A stretch of 64,000 bases of DNA from Candidatus Poribacteria bacterium (GTDB lineage: Bacteria > Poribacteria > WGA-4E > UBA9662): assembly GCA_046582655.1 (NCBI GenBank), contig JAYGDX010000027.1:1-64000 (forward strand), written 5' to 3'. The position numbers and the translations under genes are program-made. Positions within the stretch are counted from its first letter, which is position 1; every line of letters begins with the position of its first letter. Below the pieces are notes generated by a model, which was given only the letters and a program-made list of their open reading frames with translations, ran no database searches and was not told the DNA's origin. Positions 39,247-50,340 of the stretch are shown here, one piece after another.

Positions 39247-41514
39247 TTAATCCTCCCTCAATGGCCAGTTGAGGTGCCGGTGAAGAAATTCAAAAGTGCC
39301 AATTCCGTTAATTGTATGCGGGCCATTAAAGACTTCCATCTCGGTCCGGTTACCAATTCCAAGTAGATCGTATTGCCGTTTGACCTTAGCATATTCATAG
39401 GCAACGGTTTCATCTGGAGCAACGCCGTCAAAATGACCCCGTTCAACCATAAATGGTCGTGGACATATTAGCCAACTCATCTCAGCATAATTGAAGGTAC
39501 TCCCCAAATCAAACTCGAAAATTTCATATTCACCTGAATTCACATAGCTGTAGCTACTTCGTGTTGAGGCGTTTTTCCAGACCCACTCGTTGAAATCGGC
39601 AGAACAAATTGAAAGGCAGTAATCCGTGACAAGCGGTGGGACACGCATAGCCGTTTTACCACCATAGCTTAATCCGTAAAACGCAATTCGGTCTGGATCA
39701 ACATAAGGCAAGGATTGAAGCCAATTTACTATCTGCTGATGCTGTGGAACCATGATTGAAAAGAGCGTTTTCTGGATCGGGTTGGCTTTGCGTTGGAGTG
39801 TACGGAATTGATCTGTAAAGATGTACAGATTCTGCGGTGCAAAAGTGATAAAACCGCGTTCAGCCAGTTTAGCGGCAAAGTCGTGGTAGGCATCATGATC
39901 GCCCTGAATAACGTCCTGTGGGCGGCCTTCCAACCCGTGTTGGCAAACGACAACTGGTCTTCTTTCTCCCTCCTCAATGTCGTTTGGCAATAATAAAATC
40001 CCATAAGCTATAACATCAGGCCAGACATCTAGAACAACCTCGTATCCTTGCCAATTTTGGCCTTGATAGGACAGCCGCGACCGTGCATTGAAAGGGCGTA
40101 GATCTAGATCAAATTGACCAATTACTTCACGCGAAAAGAAGTCGCGATACCACTCGATTGTCTGCTGATAACTTCCAAGTGAACTGATGTCCAATTTCGA
40201 GAAAAACTCTTGTCGAGTGTAAGGACTCTCACCAAGCAACCATTGGTTATACTGATCTATCTCTGCAAGTTGGAGATCCTCTCGCTTATCAGGTCGAAAT
40301 TTTCCATCAAGATGCTCGGGTCGGTTTTCGGAAAGGGACACTGTCGCCTGTGCTGACAACAGATCCAACAACGATTGTAGCGACTCAACAGTTCCGTAAA
40401 CGTTGTTCTCTGTCTGAATAAGTTTGATCTGGGGTTTTGGATTGAGCTTGTTGACAATTGACTTGGCGCGTTCAACCTCTGTTTCAATTTGATCTAACGG
40501 AGGCGTCACCAGATCTGCTGGAGCCGCCCCTCCTGTCCCTGATGGCACATGCACTTCAGGAAAGTTGGCAGCTTCAATAACTAAATGCCGCGGCGCAATC
40601 ATTGAGGCCAATTCGGCATCACCAAACTGAGTGAGTAAGCCAAAGACGTTGCGCTCAAGGGGTTCTTTCCAAATCTTTTGGCGGGAATTGAAATAACCAC
40701 TCACGCAGATAGCATCAATACGCGTATCGATTGCACCGGCGTACAATGCTAACATACCACCTTCACCCCATCCAATGATCCCGATCTTCGAATCATCCTG
40801 GGATTGTGCAGAGAACCAATCGACGACAGCAAAGATTTTCTGTAATTCGTAGCCAATTAGATGTCGGCCCAGTTCGAACGCAGAACGGTACAACCATTCT
40901 CGCTTCGAAATATGATTTTCGTTTGGTTGTCGCGAAATAAGCGTTGGTATGACAACCCGACAACCGCTTTCTACAAGATGTCTAGCAAATTGTGAATGGC
41001 TTGGAACTCCATCGATTAACCCGGTAATATGTTCCGGTAATACATCTGCGTCGGGGATGGCGATTATGTCGGCTATTGGTTTGCTTGAAGGTACCAATAG
41101 CAGCCCTTCACCATGAATTGTGTGGATTACTGGCCAACGTACGGCAAAAATATTGTAGCCGTTCCCACATCCCACCAGAGCGGGCTGATCTGTGGTCGCA
41201 ACCAGTTCTAACCCTTTAAATCGAATGCGGTTATCGCGTATTCCGAGAATATGCGATAACCGCATTCGATTTGGTTCAACTGACGCAGTATAGTTTGTGG
41301 GAGACGAAAAATCCCGTTTCCAATATTCCTCTCGTTTCGCAACCGACTGGTCGAGTTGATCTAATAGGAACCGATCAACACCCGATACCAAATAGGAGGC
41401 GATATCCTCCTCAAGTGTTAGTTGGGATGTGCCTTGTAACGGCTGGCTGGATTCTGTGCCTGATCGGATAGCGCAAAGTGTGGCGGATAACCAGTATAGC
41501 AAAGACAAACTCAT
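39247..41514 (-). CDS. Secreted tandem alpha/beta hydrolase (dienelactone hydrolase-like)
   Basis: N-terminal signal; degenerate GWGEGG in domain 1; VVCQHG and GLSYGG nucleophile motif in domain 2. Confidence 0.8.
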   Translation of the reverse strand: MSLSLLYWLSATLCAIRSGTESSQPLQGTSQLTLEEDIASYLVSGVDRFLLDQLDQSVAKREEYWKRDFSSPTNYTASVEPNRMRLSHILGIRDNRIRFKGLELVATTDQPALVGCGNGYNIFAVRWPVIHTIHGEGLLLVPSSKPIADIIAIPDADVLPEHITGLIDGVPSHSQFARHLVESGCRVVIPTLISRQPNENHISKREWLYRSAFELGRHLIGYELQKIFAVVDWFSAQSQDDSKIGIIGWGEGGMLALYAGAIDTRIDAICVSGYFNSRQKIWKEPLERNVFGLLTQFGDAELASMIAPRHLVIEAANFPEVHVPSGTGGAAPADLVTPPLDQIETEVERAKSIVNKLNPKPQIKLIQTENNVYGTVESLQSLLDLLSAQATVSLSENRPEHLDGKFRPDKREDLQLAEIDQYNQWLLGESPYTRQEFFSKLDISSLGSYQQTIEWYRDFFSREVIGQFDLDLRPFNARSRLSYQGQNWQGYEVVLDVWPDVIAYGILLLPNDIEEGERRPVVVCQHGLEGRPQDVIQGDHDAYHDFAAKLAERGFITFAPQNLYIFTDQFRTLQRKANPIQKTLFSIMVPQHQQIVNWLQSLPYVDPDRIAFYGLSYGGKTAMRVPPLVTDYCLSICSADFNEWVWKNASTRSSYSYVNSGEYEIFEFDLGSTFNYAEMSWLICPRPFMVERGHFDGVAPDETVAYEYAKVKRQYDLLGIGNRTEMEVFNGPHTINGIGTFEFLHRHLNWPLRED

Positions 41515-41633
41515 ACATGTCTCCCGAATGTAGATCTAGAAATTGTATAGATAGGCAGTTAAGTTAACAGGAAAGTTAATTTTGATCTATAAAAACCTAA
41601 TTGTAAATAAAGGAAAACTTTGACAGAAGTGAC

Positions 41634-43322
41634 TTATTGTATTTCAACAACCGGCTGGACTGACATCACAACTGGCAAAATTATGGGAGTTTGGGCTGTT
41701 TGGCTTCGAAAAAACCGCTTGAGTTCTGATCGAATCTCTTCCCGGATTAGATCTATCTCTTCTTCCAAGTCAAAGTTAACTCTTTCAACTGCTTTAGCCA
41801 CAACTTCTTTGGCTTCGGCGATTAGACCCTCTGACACATCAATATGGACAAAACCACGTGAGACAATCTCAGGTGTACCAAGGATCTTACCTGTTTCTTG
41901 ATTGATTACAACAACTGGAATCACCATTCCATTCGTGGCCAACTGACAACGATCACGCACAACGATGTCCTCAGTTGTCATCAATTTCCCATCGACAAAA
42001 ACAACTCCGGACTGCACTTTACCATCAATGTAACAATCGTCATCACCAAGCAGAATTAAGTCACCAGTTTCAGCGACAGTGACATTTTGATTTGGAATAC
42101 CCAGAGATTCAGCCAGTTCAGCATGTTGAATCAGGTTGCTGTACTCACCATGAATTGGAATGAAGAACTTTGGCTTGGTCAGAGTTAACATTAATTTCAG
42201 GTCTTCGCGTGCTCCATGTCCGGAGACGTGCACATGGTCATTTTGTTCGTGTATCACATGTGCTCCGCGTCGCAAGATATGACCGATCATCTTTCGAATC
42301 TCCCTTTCATTTCCTGGGATTTGTCGCGCAGATATTAGCACGGTATCACCTGAATCAATGTGTAGCAATGTGTGATCTCCTCTTGAGATGAGAGACATTG
42401 CCGATCTTGGTTCACCTTGGCTACCAGTACAGAGTGTCATCGTTTCATTTGGTTCGAATCTTTTAGCATCCTTTAGATCAATCAATAAATCATGCGGCAG
42501 ATCTAAGTAACCAAGTTCAGTAGCCGTGTTAATGTTACCGATCATTGATCGTCCGGAAATCGCAATCAAACGGCGGTGTTTAACTGCTAGATCAATAAAT
42601 TGCTGAATCCTATGTAGGCTAGAGGCAAACGTGCAGATGAACAGTCGCTGTTCCGCGTTTTGAAAGATATTGTCCAGATTAGAGTAGATACTGCGTTCGG
42701 ACGGTGTTACGCCAGGGCGGTCCGCATTGGTGCTATCTGATAGAAGGAGCGATACTCCTTTTTCACCCAGTGCAGCGAGTTTGTGAATTTCGCTTGGTTT
42801 ATCATCGACGGGAGTCGGATCGAATTTAAAATCGCTGGTGTGAATAATCACACCTACTGGAGTACGAACCACCACTGCTAGGGTAGATGGTATACTATGT
42901 GTCATATGAATGAATTCAAGTTTGAAACAACCTAATTCCAAACTGTCATCTGGTGTAATTGCATTCAGATTCGACTTGGACAGCACTTTATTTTCCCGCA
43001 GGCGTTCTTTAGCAAATGCAAGCGTGAGTTCTGTCCCGTAAACTGGAACATTAACCTGATCGAGAAAAAAAGAGAGACCACCCATGTGATCCTCATGCGC
43101 GTGGGTGATAATAATAGCTCTAATCTTATGTTCATTTTGTACTAAGTAACTGATGTCAGGAATAATGAAATCCACTCCAGGAGCGGAGTCATCAGAGAAC
43201 ATAATTCCACAATCAATGACAATGATATCGTCGCCACATTCATAGGCCATAATGTTCATACCAAATTCGCCTAGCCCGCCAAGAGGGACGATTGATACAT
43301 GATCAGCTTGGTTTTCAGTCAT
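41634..43322 (-). CDS. rnj: Ribonuclease J
   Basis: PLGGLGEFGMN, THAHEDHMG, HSIP, SDSTNA, TGSQGEP, HVSGH, PIHGEY; SD GAAGGGA before ATG 43322. Confidence 0.95.
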   Translation of the reverse strand: MTENQADHVSIVPLGGLGEFGMNIMAYECGDDIIVIDCGIMFSDDSAPGVDFIIPDISYLVQNEHKIRAIIITHAHEDHMGGLSFFLDQVNVPVYGTELTLAFAKERLRENKVLSKSNLNAITPDDSLELGCFKLEFIHMTHSIPSTLAVVVRTPVGVIIHTSDFKFDPTPVDDKPSEIHKLAALGEKGVSLLLSDSTNADRPGVTPSERSIYSNLDNIFQNAEQRLFICTFASSLHRIQQFIDLAVKHRRLIAISGRSMIGNINTATELGYLDLPHDLLIDLKDAKRFEPNETMTLCTGSQGEPRSAMSLISRGDHTLLHIDSGDTVLISARQIPGNEREIRKMIGHILRRGAHVIHEQNDHVHVSGHGAREDLKLMLTLTKPKFFIPIHGEYSNLIQHAELAESLGIPNQNVTVAETGDLILLGDDDCYIDGKVQSGVVFVDGKLMTTEDIVVRDRCQLATNGMVIPVVVINQETGKILGTPEIVSRGFVHIDVSEGLIAEAKEVVAKAVERVNFDLEEEIDLIREEIRSELKRFFRSQTAQTPIILPVVMSVQPVVEIQ

Positions 43323-43368
43323 AAATCCCTTCAATATTTTATTATACTGGTTTAGTTCGGTAGTGAAA

Positions 43369-46158
43369 CTAAATGATAAAGTTGATCAAACGTTGAGGGA
43401 CAATGATTACACGACGGATTTCGTTTCCCTCCAAACGTTTAGCGATTTTCGGATCTGATTTGGCTGCCATTTTCATCTCCTCATCCGTTGCTGAGGCTGG
43501 AACCTGGATTGTACCACGCATTTTTCCTTGGATTTGTACTGCTATCGTAATTTCGTCGTCCTTGGCTTTCTCTGGATCACCGGTTGGAAACCTTTCATCT
43601 GAAAGTTCATGCTCGGAGAATTGGCAAATTTCCCAAATCTCTTCAGCAATATGTGGCGCGAACGGTGCGAGAAGTAACAGGAAAACACGCCCAACTTCCT
43701 TCGGAACACTCTCCATCTGCACAAGTTCATTGTTGAACTCAATCAGTGCGGCGATGGCTGTATTAAAGCGCAGGTTTTCCAGATCGTCGGTAACTTTGAG
43801 AATTGTTTTGTGTTGCAACTTTTCAAGTTCCGGTGTTAAACCATCAACCAAATTGGGTGTTCGATCTTCAGTTACGAAATTTCTCCATACTCTCTGTAGG
43901 AATCTCTGCATGCCACGTATTCCTTCCATACTCCATGGTGCACTTGTCTCCAGAGGTCCCATATACATTTCATATAGACGTAGTGTATCAACACCATATT
44001 CCTTGCCTACTTCCTCTGGTGGAAGTCCGTTCTTGTAACGCTTCCCCATTTTTCCACTAAACCGTGTTAGTTTTTCTCCAGTTTTGGTATGGTATGGTTC
44101 ACCATCATGCAGTTCAACTTCACGGATGTCGATGTAAACACCTTGGCTATTAGCAAATGCATCGGCCGTGATCATCCCTTGGTTGAATAGTTTCTTAAAT
44201 GGTTCAGGAGCAGAAACATGACCAAGATCATACAGCACTTTATGCCAGAAACGCGAATAGAGCAGGTGTAGGACTGCGTGTTCAGCACCACCGACATAAA
44301 GATCAACTGGCATGAAAAACCGTTCTTTTTGGTCATCACAAAATGCTTGATCGTTTTTGGGATCAATGAACCGCAGGAAATACCAACATGATCCCGCCCA
44401 TTGCGGCATCACGTTAAGTTCACGTTTGTACTTCTTCCCATCTGTTTCTATCTCCTTCCACGATTTGTCAGCGCGAGAAAGAGGTGGTCTAACAGGTGAA
44501 TTTGGGTCATCAGATGTCTCTGGACGGAAATTTTCCATCTCTGGCAGGATAACCGGAGGATCCACTGATATCGTGTCCCCATCAGGACCAATTGCTATTG
44601 GAAAGGGTTCTCCCCAATAGCGCTGGCGAGAAAAAATCCAATCTCGCAATTTATAATTGACTGTGGTTTTCCCTTGACCATGCTCTTCCAGCGTCTTGGT
44701 GATTTTTTCCTTGGCTTCTGGCGTGCTTAAGCTTGTAATTGCAAATGGGGTTTCACTGACATCACCCGAATTAATCGAGATTCCTTCACCTGTAAAACAT
44801 CCTTCGGCGTTATCTTTTATAGCCTGAACGACTTTGGTAATTGGCAGATCATATTTCTGGGAAAATTCAAAATCGCGTTCATCGTGTGCGGGTACTGCCA
44901 TAATCGCCCCTGAACCGTAGTCCATGCTAACGTAATCAGCAACAAATATTGGTAATTTCTCACCGTTGACCGGGTTCCGTGCATAAATCCCGCTTATAAT
45001 GCCGGTTTTTTCTTTTGTATCGTGATTAATTGGTACCTCTTTTTTCGCTTTAGCAATGTAGGTTTCCACCTGATTGGCGTAGGATGGAGGCACTAAGTAT
45101 TCGGATGATCCTTTCGTGACAATCGGATGTTGGGGTGCGACAACCATAAAGGTAGCTCCAAAAAGAGTGTCGGGTCGGGTCGTATAAACTGTCAGCACGT
45201 TTGCAATTTGATTTGTTTCTGGATATAAAACATCGAATTTAACATCTGATCCTTGACTGCGACCGATCCAGTTTCTCTGCATTAACTTAATTGATTCTGG
45301 CCAATTAAGCTGAAAGGTCCCGCCTTTACCATCAGGTAGTTCTGCTACATCGAGGTCATTAAGTAATCTTTCACTGTAAGCGGTAATGCGCATCATCCAC
45401 TGTCGTAATGGTCGTTGATAAACTAGGAAATTCCCACGTTCACTTTTGCCGTCACTGGTTACTTCTTCGTTTGCTAACACTGTCCCAAGCTTCGGACACC
45501 AGTTGACTATTACTTCTTTATGATAAGCGATTCTGTAGTTATTCAACACTGAGGATCTTTGCGAATTAGTGAGGTTTCCCCACATTTGGTTGGGGCCTGC
45601 AACTTCTCTGTCTGCATCAGATAGCTGTCGAGTTCCGTTGTCAAGCTCCTCTATTAATTCAGAAATTGGTCGTCCTTTCTGCAGACTGGAATCAAACCAG
45701 CTTTCAAAAAATTGTTTGAACATCCACTGAGTCCAACGATAATAATCTTCACGCGATGTTGCGATCTCGCGATCCCAATCGTAGCCTAGACCTAAAAACT
45801 GGAGTTGCTCACGAATCGTGTCAATGTTCTGTTCAGTCACCACTGCCGGATGGACACCATGTTCGATCGCATACTGTTCGGCAGGCAGACCAAAACTGTC
45901 AAAGCCCATCGGATGCAGGACATTAAAACCTCGCATTTTTTTGTAACGACTATAGATATCAGTTGCAATATAGCCTTTGGGATGACCTACATGTAGGCCT
46001 GACCCACTTGGATAAGGAAACATATCCAAAACATAACATTTAGGTTTATCAGAGGATTCGGTAGCGACTGGTTCATCTGTACGGAAAGTTCTTTGTTCCA
46101 ACCAATGACGACGCCACCGCTCTTCAATTTCGCAGAAATTATATAATCCCTTCTTCAT
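43369..46158 (-). CDS. leuS: Leucine--tRNA ligase
   Basis: MFPYPSGSGLHVGH, TTRPDTLFG, SRQRYWGEP, YVGGAEHAVLHLLY, KMGKR (KMSKS variant). Confidence 0.97.
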   Translation of the reverse strand: MKKGLYNFCEIEERWRRHWLEQRTFRTDEPVATESSDKPKCYVLDMFPYPSGSGLHVGHPKGYIATDIYSRYKKMRGFNVLHPMGFDSFGLPAEQYAIEHGVHPAVVTEQNIDTIREQLQFLGLGYDWDREIATSREDYYRWTQWMFKQFFESWFDSSLQKGRPISELIEELDNGTRQLSDADREVAGPNQMWGNLTNSQRSSVLNNYRIAYHKEVIVNWCPKLGTVLANEEVTSDGKSERGNFLVYQRPLRQWMMRITAYSERLLNDLDVAELPDGKGGTFQLNWPESIKLMQRNWIGRSQGSDVKFDVLYPETNQIANVLTVYTTRPDTLFGATFMVVAPQHPIVTKGSSEYLVPPSYANQVETYIAKAKKEVPINHDTKEKTGIISGIYARNPVNGEKLPIFVADYVSMDYGSGAIMAVPAHDERDFEFSQKYDLPITKVVQAIKDNAEGCFTGEGISINSGDVSETPFAITSLSTPEAKEKITKTLEEHGQGKTTVNYKLRDWIFSRQRYWGEPFPIAIGPDGDTISVDPPVILPEMENFRPETSDDPNSPVRPPLSRADKSWKEIETDGKKYKRELNVMPQWAGSCWYFLRFIDPKNDQAFCDDQKERFFMPVDLYVGGAEHAVLHLLYSRFWHKVLYDLGHVSAPEPFKKLFNQGMITADAFANSQGVYIDIREVELHDGEPYHTKTGEKLTRFSGKMGKRYKNGLPPEEVGKEYGVDTLRLYEMYMGPLETSAPWSMEGIRGMQRFLQRVWRNFVTEDRTPNLVDGLTPELEKLQHKTILKVTDDLENLRFNTAIAALIEFNNELVQMESVPKEVGRVFLLLLAPFAPHIAEEIWEICQFSEHELSDERFPTGDPEKAKDDEITIAVQIQGKMRGTIQVPASATDEEMKMAAKSDPKIAKRLEGNEIRRVIIVPQRLINFII

Positions 46159-46391
46159 TCCTATATCTCTCTATCCTTCATCAGTATTGGTGCCAACATC
46201 GCGATAGCACAAAAACTGGCTTGGCATAATTCAATGTTTTGCCACAGAGATGAGGACATATTATATTATTATATATCTTTGAATTTTCCAACAGTTTTAA
46301 TATGGGGTGCCAATTAAGATTATGGGCAAAGAACCAACTCTCTATTTTATTACGGAAATTTACTGTTAACGTTATTCACAAAATAATATAG

Positions 46392-46445
46392 AAAGGGCAA
46401 TTCTCCGCAGGTTTCAGTAACCATTTTCTGCTAGAATTGCCCTTT
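46392..46445 (-). terminator. Hairpin downstream of the csp gene
   Basis: AAAGGGCAATTCT...AGAATTGCCCTTT perfect 13-bp inverted repeat. Confidence 0.6.
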
Positions 46446-46564
46446 GCGATACTGTTTCATTTCATACCGACATTTTAGTTACGATAGTATGCCGGTTTAT
46501 TAATAAGAATTAGAGTAATTGCGTTAGTTAGGAAATTGAGTTCCCTTACTAGATATCACCTTCC

Positions 46565-46765
46565 TTACAGTCTGACGACATTTCTGGCTTGGAGACCTTT
46601 TTCAGTTTCCGAAACCTCAAATTCAACTTCCTGTCCTTCCATAAGTGTTTTGTGTCCAAATCCTTGGATCTCAGAATAATGGACAAAAACGTCTTGTCCT
46701 TCATCAGTGACTATAAAACCATAACCCTTGGCATCGTTAAACCACTTGACTTGACCTTTTTTCAT
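46565..46765 (-). CDS. Cold-shock protein (CspA family)
   Basis: [30 protein letters not shown]. Confidence 0.95.
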   Translation of the reverse strand: MKKGQVKWFNDAKGYGFIVTDEGQDVFVHYSEIQGFGHKTLMEGQEVEFEVSETEKGLQARNVVRL

Positions 46766-46964
46766 CAGTTGACACCTCCTTCCATAAAAAAGCTCGTAAA
46801 TGCTCCAATAGAGTTTCGGAAGTAGAAGTTACAAAACTAAATACTTACTAAACAGAAGTAACTGGATTTTGAACTACCGGCAACTTAAAACATCCTGTGA
46901 TTCATTCACACTATGAACAATGTTCATGAAACCTTACCTTGACAAAATCTTGAACACCGCCAGA

Positions 46965-46993
46965 ATTATACTTAATTTTGTATTACAATTCAA
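46965..46993 (-). promoter_or_regulatory. sigma70-type promoter of csp, implying a 5' UTR of about 190 nt
   Basis: Minus strand TTGAAT-17nt-TATAAT. Confidence 0.65.
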
Positions 46994-47063
46994 GCCAGAT
47001 TCATGTTGGGGATGTTGTATTAAATCTACATTCATAGAATTAAATTTCTGGAGAAGACAGTAA

Positions 47064-50000
47064 TTACTGTGATGATAGAAATGTTGGAAAACTCAAATCC
47101 GGTTTATTTCCGAAGTCGGGAAGTTTCGGAGGATTTTCTTCCAACTGCACGAGAATCTCCTCGATCGCTTTGTTGAGTTGAGGATCTTCGTTTCGCATGT
47201 AATCTTGTGGTGTGATATCAACTTCAATATCAGGGTCTGTACCATAATTCTCCACTCCCCAGTCTACGTCCTGAAACCAGAACGAATATTCCGGTTGTGT
47301 TGTTTTGCTGCCATCAACAAGAGTGTGGCGTGGTGAGATACCAATTACTCCACCCCAAGTTCTTTTTCCAATAAGCGTTCCAAGTTTCATTAGCTTAAAG
47401 CAATGGCTAAAGATGTCACCGTCCGATCCCGCCAGTTCATCAGTAACTGCAACAATTGGTCCCAACAAGGAGCCTTCGGGATATGGCGTTGCCCTCCCCC
47501 AGCGTTGCAAATTATAACCAATCCGTTTTCTAGCTAATTTCTCAAGAATCAATTGTGACACATGGCCACCACCGTTACACCGAACATCAACGATTAAAGC
47601 ATCACAATTAATCTCTAAAAGATAAGATCTATGAAACTCAGCATAACCGTTTACCCCCATATCAGGGATATGTACATAGCCAACTTTACCTCCAGTCTTT
47701 GTATAAACAGTTTTTCTGTTTTGGGTTACCCATTGTCGATAATAGATAGAACGTTCATCACCAATGGCCTTAATGCTAACAGTTCGTGTTGGATTCTCTG
47801 AATCATCAGTTTTTACCGTCAACGTGACCTCTGAACCAGCTTGGTTAACTAGAAGTTGCTGTGGTGAGGTTTCCTGATCCAATTTTTGACCATTAACGGC
47901 CATGAGCTTATCTCCAACCTTAATGTTAATGCCAGGACCGTTCAATGGTGAGTCTTTTCCCTCTGACCATGAATCTCCTCGAACAATATGCAGAATCTTG
48001 TAAGCTTGATCACTCACATCATACTCAAGTTCGGCCCCAAGAAAGCCTTGACCATAGTTGTGTGGATTTAGGCGGTAATCACCACCGCTCTCGTAAGCAT
48101 GTGATGTACCTAATTCCCCTTGCATTTCCCACATCAAGTCAGAGAATTCGGATCTGGTTGTAATCCGGTCAAGTAACGGTAGATACCGGTCATGAACGCA
48201 ATTCCAATCGACCCCTGACATATCTTCAACCCAGAAGTGCTCTCGCTGCAATCGCCATGCCTCACGATACATCTGTCTCCTTTCAGTATCAGGATCAACT
48301 GAGACCTTGATCCTGCCGAGATTAATCCAGCCGCCGACACGTGTCTGCTCGTCCTTATCCGGTGCTTTCTCACAGGCTTTGATTATCCGAAGTTTGTCAG
48401 CTGACTGATAGGCTAAAATTTTGTAATCGCTACTGACTTTGAAACTGGATACATCACTCGCAATTGTTTCTTTTTCATGTTTTTCAACGTCGTACATTTC
48501 AAGGCGACTTTTTTCCTCACTTCCTGGTATAGGAAAAGACGTAAAGTACACTTTATTTTTTATACCTGCAATCTGGCCATAACGTCCTTCTGATAAAGGG
48601 AATGCAACAACTCGGTCCGTAATTCCTTCTAAATCGATCTGGACTAGTTTCTCGTCCTCCTTTTCCTTCTGCCCTTGATCGTTATGCTGTTCGACTATCG
48701 TATCTATATTTTCGTCCTCTCTGCAACTATCCTCTTTTTTATTTCCTTCGGGTTCAACCAGTGGCTTTGGCTCGGCAACAAAAGGCGATTTCTGATCAGC
48801 CTGCAGAGTTATCAAAAACGGTCGCATACCACGTGGAAAACCAAGGTCGAAATGAAGGTTATCATAGACTGGACTAAAATCACGGTAGGAGAGGAAGTAC
48901 AGAAATTTGCCTTCGGGATCAAACGATGGATTGATATCACGAAGTATCGGCTCGGTCACTTGGTGAGTTTCACCACTTTCCGTTTGACAAATCTTAATTG
49001 ACGAAGTCTGCTGTGTGCAGGCCAAACCGTAAGCAATCCACTTGCCGTCAGGCGACCATGAGACTCCGTTGACTCGCTCATAATTACTTCGATCCAACAA
49101 AGTCATTTTTTTAGACTCAAGATCGATGAGTACTAGTTCAAACCGATGATTGGTCAGAACAACAAGATCATCTTTTGGTGAGACATCAAGTGACACTGGT
49201 CTACCAATATCAAGCCCTTCAAGTTTTTCAGGTGGCTTTGATTCATTAGCATAGCGAATTTCAAGAAACTCTTCTTCACCTTCATCACTGATACATACCA
49301 GTCGCTGACCATCTTTTAACCACCGTGTTAATCGGTATCGTACACCGTCCGAGTAACCGTGCTGAGTGACCGCACCTTCCCAATTCCCCATGGTGAAGGA
49401 TTTACCGCGACTCGTAATTGAAACTGAGTGATTATGCGGATCTAGATCATAATCCTCAAAATATCTTGCTGTATCAACGAATTTTCGGTTTCTCTGGATT
49501 CGTGGCGTTCGAAAATCAATTGTAATAAGCTGATTCTTATTGTAATGAGGATCATAAACGTATAAGTCTGCCCCCACATGATAAACGATTCGATTACCGT
49601 CGGTAGAGGCGTATCGGGCATAGAATTCTTGGTGGTTTGTATGGTGCTGTAAATCTTCTCCATCGGGCAAACAAGAGTACAAATTACCAATACCTTGGTG
49701 ATCCGACAGAAAAAAGATACGATCTTCGACCCACATGGGGCTAGCGAGGTTACCACCAAGATTGATGAGTTGCCGGAATTCACCGGTGTCATCTGGATCA
49801 ATCCAGATGACACCGGCTGTCCCACCACGATAACGTTTCCAACGTGCTGGATCTGCGGTAAACCGACCCAGTACAATTCCACCGTTCTTCCCATACGAAA
49901 TATTTCGTGCAGATCCATAAGGCATAGGTTGCGAAATTCCACCGTTCTGATCTATCTCAAATAGCTGGAAACTACGTGTGAATGGCAGTTTGGCATTACT

Positions 50001-50312
50001 GGCAAAAATAATTGTTTGGTTATCGGGCTTCCAGTTTACAACCGCATTGTGTGTGCCAAGATATGTCAAACGCTCTGATAATCCTCCAAGTGTTGGCATG
50101 ACAAACACTTCAGCTGGTCCCTCTTCACGTCCTGTAAAGGCAAGATATTTACCATCCGGTGATATAAATGGATGGCTAACTTCTCCTAAATTGGAAGTAA
50201 GGCGCCGAGCAATCCCACCACTGACTTCCACTGTCCACAGATCGTCTTCTGCCACAAACACGACTTGATCCTCGTGGATAGTTGGGAAACGATAATAACC
50301 TTGTATAGACAA
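47064..50312 (-). CDS. Tricorn protease (S41 family)
   Basis: Beta-propeller repeats, WKRYRGG, GELGTSH, PDZ, GYVHIPDM, DVRCNGGG, GSDGD, GKRTWGG. Confidence 0.93.
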   Translation of the reverse strand: MSIQGYYRFPTIHEDQVVFVAEDDLWTVEVSGGIARRLTSNLGEVSHPFISPDGKYLAFTGREEGPAEVFVMPTLGGLSERLTYLGTHNAVVNWKPDNQTIIFASNAKLPFTRSFQLFEIDQNGGISQPMPYGSARNISYGKNGGIVLGRFTADPARWKRYRGGTAGVIWIDPDDTGEFRQLINLGGNLASPMWVEDRIFFLSDHQGIGNLYSCLPDGEDLQHHTNHQEFYARYASTDGNRIVYHVGADLYVYDPHYNKNQLITIDFRTPRIQRNRKFVDTARYFEDYDLDPHNHSVSITSRGKSFTMGNWEGAVTQHGYSDGVRYRLTRWLKDGQRLVCISDEGEEEFLEIRYANESKPPEKLEGLDIGRPVSLDVSPKDDLVVLTNHRFELVLIDLESKKMTLLDRSNYERVNGVSWSPDGKWIAYGLACTQQTSSIKICQTESGETHQVTEPILRDINPSFDPEGKFLYFLSYRDFSPVYDNLHFDLGFPRGMRPFLITLQADQKSPFVAEPKPLVEPEGNKKEDSCREDENIDTIVEQHNDQGQKEKEDEKLVQIDLEGITDRVVAFPLSEGRYGQIAGIKNKVYFTSFPIPGSEEKSRLEMYDVEKHEKETIASDVSSFKVSSDYKILAYQSADKLRIIKACEKAPDKDEQTRVGGWINLGRIKVSVDPDTERRQMYREAWRLQREHFWVEDMSGVDWNCVHDRYLPLLDRITTRSEFSDLMWEMQGELGTSHAYESGGDYRLNPHNYGQGFLGAELEYDVSDQAYKILHIVRGDSWSEGKDSPLNGPGINIKVGDKLMAVNGQKLDQETSPQQLLVNQAGSEVTLTVKTDDSENPTRTVSIKAIGDERSIYYRQWVTQNRKTVYTKTGGKVGYVHIPDMGVNGYAEFHRSYLLEINCDALIVDVRCNGGGHVSQLILEKLARKRIGYNLQRWGRATPYPEGSLLGPIVAVTDELAGSDGDIFSHCFKLMKLGTLIGKRTWGGVIGISPRHTLVDGSKTTQPEYSFWFQDVDWGVENYGTDPDIEVDITPQDYMRNEDPQLNKAIEEILVQLEENPPKLPDFGNKPDLSFPTFLSSQ

Positions 50313-50340
50313 AATTTTTCTCCTCCAGACTTCAACAACT

